From positions 988,291 through 1,052,290 of the forward strand of contig OZ246404.1 in NCBI GenBank assembly GCA_965230955.1: 64,000 nucleotides of DNA. The letters run 5' to 3'. The translations under genes were made by a program, and so were the position numbers. This DNA is from an uncultured Candidatus Saccharibacteria bacterium. Its GTDB lineage: Bacteria > Patescibacteriota > CALEFQ01. Numbering within the stretch: the first letter of the stretch is position 1; each line of letters begins with the position of its first letter. Under the pieces are notes generated by a model. It made no database searches. It saw only the letters and a program-made list of their open reading frames with translations, and was not told the DNA's origin. Below are positions 10,901 through 18,419 of the stretch, piece after piece.

Positions 10901-11213
10901 ATATAGCATTTTCATAATGGCGGACTGATTTTATTCTGCCGGACATAATCTGTCTAAATACTCGCTTGACGGCGGGAATATTTTGCCGCAGCAAAAAATG
11001 ATCGAACCAATTTTTCCCGATCATCTCCGCCCGGGTATAACCGATCATTTTTCTCCCGGCTCGATTGACCAAGACAACCCGTCCGAAACGATCCAAGATT
11101 AAAATAAAAACAGCTGTCAGGTCGAAGCTGTTTTGCATACGTTTTAACTCGGCCGGAGAAAAAAATAACTGGGCATCAGCGGAAGACTTTGATTTTGATT
11201 TTACTTTTGGCAT
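7992..11213 (-). CDS. large multi-PAS/GAF sensor histidine kinase
   Basis: Several PAS modules plus a GAF-like segment; H-box [25 protein letters not shown]; HATPase_c ([27 protein letters not shown]). Confidence 0.85.
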   Translation of the reverse strand: [1073 protein letters not shown]

Positions 11214-11246
11214 ATATATTTACACCCTATAGCTAAATATTAAAGC

Positions 11247-11278
11247 AAAAAACAGCCCCTGGCAAGGGGCTGTTTTTA
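11247..11278. terminator. bidirectional intrinsic terminator hairpin
   Basis: ACAGCCCCTGGCAAGGGGCTGT flanked by an A-run and a T-run, between rnc and the histidine-kinase gene. Confidence 0.6.
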
Positions 11279-11370
11279 TCGCAGAGATAGTGATGTTACG
11301 AGGCGCCAAAATAAATCAGAAATTTGAATCTCAAAATTCGAAACAAGTTCCAAACCATAAACCTAAATAT

Positions 11371-12216
11371 TTAAAAGTTTGTTTTTGAGATTTTGGGCTT
11401 AGGTATTGTTTCGGGTTTCGGATTTTGTGCTGCGGATTTTTTGTTGTCACCAGAAAGTGAAACCTCATCGGGACTCAGCCGAGATTCGATCTTTCCCCCG
11501 CCCAACAAATACAACAACGCCTGTTCCGCCGCGCGCTCGCTGGCTTCTTTTTTATTTTCTCCCTCGGCTTGAGCCAGCGGCTGGCTCAAAACGGTGACTT
11601 CCACGGTACATTTATAAGTATCGTGCTCCCCGCTCTCCGCCAGTTTGGTATAAACGGGATTCTCATTGTAACGTTGGTGCACCAGTTTTTGCAGGGCGCT
11701 TTTCGGATTGTCCTGACCGGCTCGGCGCATCGCTTCGTCCAAGCGAGATAAAATATGGCGTTCGATAAATTTCCGAGCCGCTCGCTCCCCGCGATCAACA
11801 AAGACCGCTCCGACAATCGCCTCTAAACTATCGGCGTAAATCTGGTCGCGCGAACGGACGGTGAAATGATAGGAAAAAGGATAATCAGAGTAACGCACGT
11901 ATTTGTCCAGACCGAGCTGACGAGCGATATCGGCTAAAACTTTGTTACTGGTCAGCTCACTGCGCAGGACGGTCAGATCTTCTTCCGAGGCATCCGGATA
12001 GAGCTTGAAAATGTTTTTACTGATATGGGCGCTGAGCAGTGAATCCCCCAAGAATTCCAAACGCTCATAGTGGCAATCGCCACTATGCTTCTTGGCACCG
12101 AAACAGGAGTAATGAGTCAGGGCCTGAGCCAATAGGTCTTTGTGCCGAAAGCGCAAGCGAAGCTTGCGCTCGAGATCTTTATAAACACTAGGCATATCTG
12201 AAAAATAAAAATTCAA
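11371..12216 (-). CDS. rnc: ribonuclease III
   Basis: RNase III signature ERLEFLGDSLL; C-terminal dsRBD followed by a Lys-rich tail. Confidence 0.85.
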   Translation of the reverse strand: MNFYFSDMPSVYKDLERKLRLRFRHKDLLAQALTHYSCFGAKKHSGDCHYERLEFLGDSLLSAHISKNIFKLYPDASEEDLTVLRSELTSNKVLADIARQLGLDKYVRYSDYPFSYHFTVRSRDQIYADSLEAIVGAVFVDRGERAARKFIERHILSRLDEAMRRAGQDNPKSALQKLVHQRYNENPVYTKLAESGEHDTYKCTVEVTVLSQPLAQAEGENKKEASERAAEQALLYLLGGGKIESRLSPDEVSLSGDNKKSAAQNPKPETIPKPKISKTNF

Positions 12217-12326
12217 AGCTTAAAATCTAAAAGAAATTTAAAGGCAAAAGTCAAAACAATATTTTAAACTTTAAGCTTTTAATTTCCTTTGAATTTTAAG
12301 CTTTAGATTTTAAATTTTGATCGCTA

Positions 12327-13085
12327 TCACAGCTTTACCTCCAGTAAGTCCTCCGCCACCGTGATTTCGCCGCTGAATTCTCCGGCTTCTTCTTTCAGAT
12401 TCCGGCCTGCGCAACTCGGTCCGATATGCGTCAGGATAACTTCTTTGGCCTCCGCTCCCTGGGCGATCGAAGCGATTTGCGCCGGAGTGAGGTGTCCGTC
12501 CGTCGGCCGGTCGCTGGGATTGTTGCATTCCATAATGTACAAGTCTACGCCCTTTCCTAATTCTGACAAGGCGGGACAGACTCCGCTGTCGCCCGTAAAA
12601 GCAAACGATTGGTTTTTGGCCGAGAAGCGATAGCCGAGGCACTTTAGATGATCGGAATGCGTCACCAAGCGAGCCATCACGCTTATTTTACCGAATTCAA
12701 TCAAACTATTGCCGATCTCATGTAACTCCACTTTGAAAGGCAGATTTTCCGCCGCTCCGGGAAACATAAGTCGCACCAATTCCCAAAAAGTGCGCGTGAG
12801 CCCTGCTGGGCCGAAAATATGGAGTGTCCGAGTGCGCGGCTGAGGGAAATTATACTTATACATCTGAATCAGAGGTATCAGATCGGCCAAGTGATCGGGA
12901 TGGAAATGAGTGAGAAACACCGCCTCAATCGTATCGAGGTTTGTTTCCACCTCGCGCGCTCGGCGCAAAGTGCCGCTGCCGGCATCAATCAAAAAATGAG
13001 TTCCCCAACCATCGCAGTCGATGGCAGTCGTGGAACGATCTGGTTGTTGGTGGCAGGTGCCGGTACCTAAGAATGTAATTTTCAT
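12327..13085 (-). CDS. MBL-fold metallo-hydrolase (RNase Z/ElaC-like)
   Basis: THFHPDHLADL HxHxDH motif in the usual N-terminal position; the tracked start at 13106 is a TTG inside a (GTCAAAA)n repeat, so the ATG at 13085 (MKITFLGTG) is preferred. Confidence 0.6.
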   Translation of the reverse strand: MKITFLGTGTCHQQPDRSTTAIDCDGWGTHFLIDAGSGTLRRAREVETNLDTIEAVFLTHFHPDHLADLIPLIQMYKYNFPQPRTRTLHIFGPAGLTRTFWELVRLMFPGAAENLPFKVELHEIGNSLIEFGKISVMARLVTHSDHLKCLGYRFSAKNQSFAFTGDSGVCPALSELGKGVDLYIMECNNPSDRPTDGHLTPAQIASIAQGAEAKEVILTHIGPSCAGRNLKEEAGEFSGEITVAEDLLEVKL

Positions 13086-13116
13086 AAGTAAAAAGTCAAA
13101 GGTCAAAAGTCAAAAG

Positions 13117-13752
13117 TTACTTTTTAAGGGTAATATTTGGGGCATTAACATACAACGGGACTATTGGCTCGGTAAAATCATGCGACTCTTTCAGTCTACC
13201 CTGTCCGATCCAGCTGATTAATTCAGCTCGCTGTTCACCTGACAAGGGACTAGCCAAAAAGTTTTTATTTTTAGCACCTAAGATAATTTTCTTTTCTTTG
13301 GAAATATACCCAAAAAATTCTTCACTTTTGACTTTTGACTTTTGATCTTTGACTTGTTCAACCGCGAACCGTACTTTCCCTTCACTTACCCGCTTCACAT
13401 ACACCAAATCTTTAATATTATCCAACACTACCGTATAAGGCGGCTTGAGATTTTTTTGATTGGCCTCGTAAATTTCAAAGGCCTCAATCGGCACGACGGG
13501 AATTTGCCACGCATAAGCCAGAGCATTGGCGGTGGCCGCTGCGATCCGCATGCCAGTGAAAGAACCCGGTCCGGTAACGCAAAAAATCGCGTCGGGTTGC
13601 CCGCGTCGCGCCAGGACTTTTTCAATCGCCGGCAGTAATTCTTTCGAAAGCTTAAAACCGGCCGCCCATTCGCGAGTAAAAATTATTTTAGAGTTATCGC
13701 CGTAAGCCACCAAGGTTTTTGAGGGCGAGGCGTCGATGATTAGATAAGGCAT
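13117..13752 (-). CDS. tsaB: tRNA threonylcarbamoyladenosine biosynthesis protein TsaB
   Basis: YeaZ/TsaB motif GPGSFTGMRIAAATANALA; size ~210 aa; contains a repeat-encoded KDQKSKVKSEE insertion. Confidence 0.75.
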   Translation of the reverse strand: MPYLIIDASPSKTLVAYGDNSKIIFTREWAAGFKLSKELLPAIEKVLARRGQPDAIFCVTGPGSFTGMRIAAATANALAYAWQIPVVPIEAFEIYEANQKNLKPPYTVVLDNIKDLVYVKRVSEGKVRFAVEQVKDQKSKVKSEEFFGYISKEKKIILGAKNKNFLASPLSGEQRAELISWIGQGRLKESHDFTEPIVPLYVNAPNITLKK

Positions 13753-13759
13753 GAAATTT

Positions 13760-13860
13760 TGTCTTTAGTCTTTGGTCTTTGGTCTTTAGTCGTTAGCCTC
13801 CGCAATTTTAACTGATGTTCTGGCGTCTAGCCAAAGACTAGAGACTAAAGACTAAAGACC
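13760..13860. repeat. (CAAAGAC)n inverted-repeat element
   Basis: GTCTTTAGTCTTTGGTCTTTGGTCTTTAGTC ... CTAGCCAAAGACTAGAGACTAAAGACTAAAGACC. Confidence 0.75.
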
Positions 13861-13934
13861 TCTATTTCCCTTCCCAAACTCCGTTTTTTATCTTATCATT
13901 AAGAAGCTAGGTTTTAAAGCATTTTCTGAATCTA

Positions 13935-14972
13935 ATGAAGAAACGTAACTGGTTTTTTTTGATTTTGACCCTGGTCGGTATCGGCCTATTTTATTTAATT
14001 GCGGAGCGAATCGGCTGGGATAAAATCCGCGAGGTGTTTTCGGTTTTTCATTGGTGGCAATTTGCCCTGCTGATCGGACTATATTTTGTCTCGATTTTTT
14101 TTATGTCTCTCTCCATGCGAATAATCTTGAAATCGCTGGGCTATCACCTACCGTTTGCCAGTCTCTTCGCCCTGACTAATATAAATCTGTCGGTCGGATA
14201 CCTGACTCCTTTCGCCTATCTCGGCGGGGAACCGGTCCAGGTTTATCTAATGTACAAACGTCACCAGATACCAATCGCCGCCGGCACCGCCAACGTCGTC
14301 CTGGAAAAAATCGGGCGACAGGTAGTTATGATGATTTTTATTTTAGTCGGCATGGCCTGGCTGGTTTTTAATCAAGCCTTGCATATTTATTATCGCATCG
14401 GTTTGCTGGCTCTGGTTGCCTTTATGGTTTTTGTACTCTGGGCCTACTTCGCCAAATCGATTTCCGGCGAAGGATTTTTTCGCTACATGCTCCGGCTGTT
14501 TCATCTGAATAAATGGAAACTACTGACTAGCCCCAAAGTCGCGCCGGTCATCGCCAATATCGACGAAAGGACATCCGATTTTCTCATCCACCACCAGAAG
14601 ACTTTTTGGATTTCACTAATTTTCGCCACCGCGGCTGAACTAATACCGCTTTTTCAAATGGCTTTCGCTCTCTGGTTTATGGGTCTGACCCCCAGCTTTG
14701 TCAGCATCTTGCTTTTGTTTATGTTCACGAATCTACTCACTCTGATTCCCACACCGGCTCAGTTGGGAACCTTTGAGATCAGCGGAGTTTCGGCTTTCGC
14801 CATCAAGGGCGCCACCGCCGGAGCCGGTTTGATTTTCAGCGTTTTTCTCCATGTCGTCAACATCATCAGTGTCCTGCCGGGGCTGTTTTTGGTCCCCCTT
14901 TATGGCATGACCATCAAAGAAGCGGTGTTTAATGGAGAGGATGTACAGAAAAAATTAAAAGCTAAAAGTTAA
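13935..14972 (+). CDS. polytopic membrane protein (UPF0104/flippase-like family candidate)
   Basis: ~8 predicted TM helices; architecture resembles the lysylphosphatidylglycerol-synthase-region/flippase-like family; weak. Confidence 0.35.
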   Translation: MKKRNWFFLILTLVGIGLFYLIAERIGWDKIREVFSVFHWWQFALLIGLYFVSIFFMSLSMRIILKSLGYHLPFASLFALTNINLSVGYLTPFAYLGGEPVQVYLMYKRHQIPIAAGTANVVLEKIGRQVVMMIFILVGMAWLVFNQALHIYYRIGLLALVAFMVFVLWAYFAKSISGEGFFRYMLRLFHLNKWKLLTSPKVAPVIANIDERTSDFLIHHQKTFWISLIFATAAELIPLFQMAFALWFMGLTPSFVSILLLFMFTNLLTLIPTPAQLGTFEISGVSAFAIKGATAGAGLIFSVFLHVVNIISVLPGLFLVPLYGMTIKEAVFNGEDVQKKLKAKS

Positions 14973-15039
14973 AAACAAAAAACAGTCTTAAAGGCAAAAA
15001 TTAAAATTTTTGATTTCAAGACTGTTTTTTTGAACTCTT

Positions 15040-16077
15040 TTAAACCCTCCTCAGTACCCAAATCCTGGCTTCTTCACCCAACAGATTGATATCTGTTTTT
15101 TGTTTTAGTTCAAAAGAGGAAGTGAATTTTTTCAGAGCAGATTCGAAACCGATAATGTCGCCGTTGAGCACAACCAAGCGCCCGCCTGTTTTTAAGACTC
15201 GGACGGCTTCGGCTAGAAAATCGGTGAAAAGATTTGGATCCTTCGCGAAAGTTTTGCCAAACGGCGGATTGGTGGCGATAACATCGACTGATTTATCGGG
15301 CAGTGACAATTTTTGAGCTTCACCCACCGCCAGTTCGATGTTTTTTCTGTCAGCGGAATTGGCCTGAGCGGTCTCGACCACATTGGCATCGCGATCGAAG
15401 CCGAGAATTTTTTGCGCCGGCCCGGTCAACGAACGTTCCATCAAAATAGTCCCGGAGCCGCAAAAAGGATCAACGAAGACATCGGTCTCGCGCGGTGACG
15501 ACAGCTGGACCAGAGCGTAGGCAACCGTCGGCTTGAGCGCGCCGGGCAACTCGATTTCTTTATACTGGCGATTACTGAAAGATTTGTTGGACAAACGCAG
15601 GCTCAAAATCAACTCACCGCTTTTGAATAAACGGACATCAAATTCTATTTTGGCCCGGCCGTGAGTTGCTTTCCATTTGTTGAACTTCAAGGCGATCGTA
15701 CGCGAAACTACTTTGTCCAAATCAATGCGCCTAAAATTGAAACGGCCATAAACATGGGTAAAAACCTGAAAAGTCGTATGCTTGGGCTTGCTGTAAAGCT
15801 GGGCGTGGTATTTTAAGCCGTACTCAAATGAGGCATACTGCATTTTTTCCTCCAAAGTACTGAGCGTCGAGCGGCTCCGAGTAAAACCGGTTTCATTTAT
15901 CAGTACATAGAAAATGTCTTCGATCGAACGCAGGTCCAAAAGCCGGCGAGGATGGCCGTTATAATCAATGAAAATAAAGCCGCGCTCCTGACGCAAAATG
16001 ACAAAATCCTTAAGTTTTTCCTTAATCTCGGCTTCGGCGATACTGTTTAAGCCTTTGATACAAGTGAGCATTAACAT
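15040..16077 (-). CDS. THUMP-domain class I SAM-dependent RNA (m2G-type) methyltransferase
   Basis: N-terminal THUMP-like region; SAM motif I DPFCGSGTIL and motif IV ATNPPFG. Confidence 0.7.
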   Translation of the reverse strand: MLMLTCIKGLNSIAEAEIKEKLKDFVILRQERGFIFIDYNGHPRRLLDLRSIEDIFYVLINETGFTRSRSTLSTLEEKMQYASFEYGLKYHAQLYSKPKHTTFQVFTHVYGRFNFRRIDLDKVVSRTIALKFNKWKATHGRAKIEFDVRLFKSGELILSLRLSNKSFSNRQYKEIELPGALKPTVAYALVQLSSPRETDVFVDPFCGSGTILMERSLTGPAQKILGFDRDANVVETAQANSADRKNIELAVGEAQKLSLPDKSVDVIATNPPFGKTFAKDPNLFTDFLAEAVRVLKTGGRLVVLNGDIIGFESALKKFTSSFELKQKTDINLLGEEARIWVLRRV

Positions 16078-16238
16078 ATGAAGCTCCGCGGGTCAAAGCC
16101 CGCATTATTCGTCAACAGAATTTCGCGGAGCGAAATCCTGCCGAAGCCCCGCCCTAAACGGGGCGAAGGAGGATAGCTGAACTTTACACTAAGGAAAGAA
16201 GCTGGTAAAGTAAAAACGTTATTAATCAATCAAAACAT

Positions 16239-16667
16239 ATGAAAAAGATCCTTGGATTATCCTTAGCTTTAGTCCTGCTCCTGAGCTCTTTTTGTCTAAT
16301 TTCCTGCACAAAAACCGAGCCCCTGGCCACTGTCAGCGAGCCCTTGCAAGAAATCCTCGGCGCCGAGGATCAAATAACCGTGGAACTCAACTACGGCGAT
16401 CAAAAAGAAACCGGACTTTACCCGGCCGAATATACTTCCGGCTTAACCGCTTTTGACGCTTTGACCCAAGTGGCGGAAGACGCAGGTTTCGCTGTCGTTG
16501 CCTCTGATTCCGAATACGGGAAATACATTCAGGCGATCAATGACGTCAAGGAAGACGGAAAAAATTTCTGGCTTTTCTCGGTGAACGGCGAAATGGCCCA
16601 GCAGTCGGCCGATACCACCATACTCAATCCCGGCGACAGCGTGACTTTTAACTTTGGCTCAATGTAA
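16239..16667 (+). CDS. DUF4430-like lipoprotein (transcobalamin-beta-domain-like ligand binding)
   Basis: Lipoprotein signal peptide with lipobox LISC; ~110-aa domain ending DSVTFNF typical of DUF4430. Confidence 0.55.
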   Translation: MKKILGLSLALVLLLSSFCLISCTKTEPLATVSEPLQEILGAEDQITVELNYGDQKETGLYPAEYTSGLTAFDALTQVAEDAGFAVVASDSEYGKYIQAINDVKEDGKNFWLFSVNGEMAQQSADTTILNPGDSVTFNFGSM

Positions 16668-16698
16668 TCAAATCGGCTCGGAAAAATAATCAACAATT

Positions 16699-17268
16699 AT
16701 GACTCAGACTACTCTCATAAAACTTATCCTGGCCGGATCCTTGATCGCTTTTGGCATTGTCGGGCGCCTTTTACTCCAAGACTGGCCAAACATCGAAACC
16801 ATCACGGCCACCGCGCTGATTGCCGGAGCCTTACTCGGCTGGCGCTGGGGCGCGGCGATCGCGCTAATCGTGATCGCGGCCAGCGATATCTTCATCGGCA
16901 ATAATTCCATCATGATTTTTACCTGGTCCGCTTTTGCCTTGATCGGCGCCGGTGGCTGGTTGCTCCATAAAAAAGCTGCTTTTTCCCCGAAATTTACCCT
17001 CCAAATGACCGGGCTGGGACTTGGCGCGGCGGTTTTCTTCTATCTTTTTACCAATTTCGGCGTCTGGCTTCTTTTCCCGATGTATCCGCACACTTGGGCC
17101 GGCCTAGTCGCGTGTTATGTGGCCGCTATCCCCTTCTTCCGATTTTCGATCGCCAGCGCGCTGATTACCGTCCCGATCGCGACGATTGGTTTTACCTTTT
17201 TGCAAAAAACTTTGACAGAGCGATTGAACGTGTCGGCGAAAAAACATTCGGCGGTAATAACGAAATAA
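16699..17268 (+). CDS. small polytopic membrane protein (ECF-transporter S-component-like)
   Basis: 5-6 TM helices, ~190 aa, immediately downstream of the DUF4430 gene, a pairing often seen with ECF S components. Confidence 0.4.
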   Translation: MTQTTLIKLILAGSLIAFGIVGRLLLQDWPNIETITATALIAGALLGWRWGAAIALIVIAASDIFIGNNSIMIFTWSAFALIGAGGWLLHKKAAFSPKFTLQMTGLGLGAAVFFYLFTNFGVWLLFPMYPHTWAGLVACYVAAIPFFRFSIASALITVPIATIGFTFLQKTLTERLNVSAKKHSAVITK

Positions 17269-17352
17269 AATCATAAACAGGGCGAGCGCCGCTCGCCCCT
17301 ACAAACTTGTTCTTAAATCTTAATATCTTAATATTCTTAATATCTTTTTAAG

Positions 17353-17787
17353 ATGTTTCCCTTCATCATTCCCGTCATCCCCTTGATCGTTTTCGTCATC
17401 GCGCAGGGGACAAAATTTTTGACCAAATCATTTAGCGGCTTCAGCTGGCGAAATGTTTCCGCCTATGGCGGAATGCCATCTTCCCATACGGCGATTACCG
17501 TCTCGATGGCTACACTGGCCGGACTGGTGGCCGGATTCAACTCCATTCCTTTTATGATCAGTGTCGTGCTGGCGGTCATTATCATCCGCGACGCCATGGG
17601 ATTTCGCATGAACTTGAGCGAGCAAGGCAAGGTTTTGAACATGCTGGTGAAAGAAGTGGACGGCCTGGATCGAAAAAAATACCCCAACCTGGGAGAACGG
17701 CTGGGACACACCGGCTGGGAAGTTTTTGTCGGCGCCCTGGTCGGCATCGGCGCAACATATTTGCTGTATTTGTGGCTGGTGGTTTGA
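17353..17787 (+). CDS. divergent PAP2 family membrane protein (DUF212)
   Basis: GGMPSSHTA motif diagnostic of the acid phosphatase/vanadium haloperoxidase-related DUF212 family. Confidence 0.7.
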   Translation: MFPFIIPVIPLIVFVIAQGTKFLTKSFSGFSWRNVSAYGGMPSSHTAITVSMATLAGLVAGFNSIPFMISVVLAVIIIRDAMGFRMNLSEQGKVLNMLVKEVDGLDRKKYPNLGERLGHTGWEVFVGALVGIGATYLLYLWLVV

Positions 17788-17805
17788 TGATAATCCCCAA
17801 CCAAT

Positions 17806-17838
17806 AAGAGCGGCGGCCTTAAGACCGCCGCTCTTTTA
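17806..17838 (+). terminator. hairpin with GGCCTTAAGACC core (PAP2 terminator and IS-associated palindrome)
   Basis: AAGAGCGGCGGCCTTAAGACCGCCGCTCTTTTAT; same loop core as the hairpins at 17929 and 18390. Confidence 0.5.
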
Positions 17839-17839
17839 T

Positions 17840-17928
17840 CGATGACGTTTCCGTTGCCGTTCAATATAGTTCCGCACCCGATCGATATGTTTTTCGGAAA
17901 TAGAAAATGCTGAAACTAATCCAAAACC
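17840..17928 (-). repeat. solo partial copy of the IS right end (tnpA 3' fragment plus hairpin)
   Basis: rc translation ...VSAFSISEKHIDRVRNYIERQRKRHR* is homologous to the tnpA C-terminus ...FTVSESQVNKVKNYINRQKNHHKK; followed by hairpin 17806-17838. Confidence 0.5.
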
Positions 17929-18419
17929 CAAAACAGGGGTGGCCTTAAGACCACCCCTGTTTTTTGTGATGATTTTTTTGTCGATTAATATAGTTTTTTA
18001 CTTTATTCACCTGCGATTCTGAAACCGTGAAGGCACTATATCCTCGTTGCCAATATAAAGAACATTTGGGATATAAAATCTTAACTTGATATGAAGCGTA
18101 ACCTTTGATTGCACTGACCGCGGCAGTTACACTAATTACTGACGGTATTATAAGTAACAGGTGGATATGATCTTCGGTATTGTTACAAGCGATAACTACA
18201 ATGCCTAATTATTTGGCTTTTTCCTCAACCAGCTTTTTTATCCCTCTCTCAATTTCCAGGTTCATCAACGGGAGACGATATTTCACTGTCCATACCAAAT
18301 GGTAATATAGCCGACAAATAGATCTAGACATAAAAAACCTCCATTTGGAGGGTTTTTTGATTATGATAAAATTATGATTATTCGTCATTGTGAGATGCGG
18401 CCTTAAGGCCGCATCTCAC
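17929..18419 (-). mobile_element. IS200/IS605-like element (tnpA only) bounded by GGCCTTAAGRCC subterminal hairpins
   Basis: Hairpins at 17929-17964 and 18390-18419 flank tnpA; a terminator-like hairpin at 18333-18358 abuts the tnpA start, as in IS200. Confidence 0.5.
17945..18331 (-). pseudogene. tnpA: IS200/IS605-family Y1 (HuH) transposase TnpA interrupted by one in-frame TAA (18209-18211)
   Basis: Conceptual translation MSRSICRLYYHLVWTVKYRLPLMNLEIERGIKKLVEEKAK*LGIVVIACNNTEDHIHLLLIIPSVISVTAAVSAIKGYASYQVKILYPKCSLYWQRGYSAFTVSESQVNKVKNYINRQKNHHKKQGWS; family hallmarks YHxVWxxKYR, HIHLL, KGxSS and RGY. Confidence 0.65.

Noticed and set aside
12327-13106. Tracked start of the MBL hydrolase at 13106
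   Set aside because: That codon is a TTG inside the (GTCAAAA)n repeat. The ATG at 13085 gives the conserved MKITFLGTG N-terminus.
16078-16238. Cobalamin, TPP or preQ1 riboswitch upstream of the DUF4430 gene
   Set aside because: None of the B12 box, the TPP CUGAGA/pyrimidine-sensor helix or the preQ1 motifs could be recognised. Only generic GC hairpins are present.
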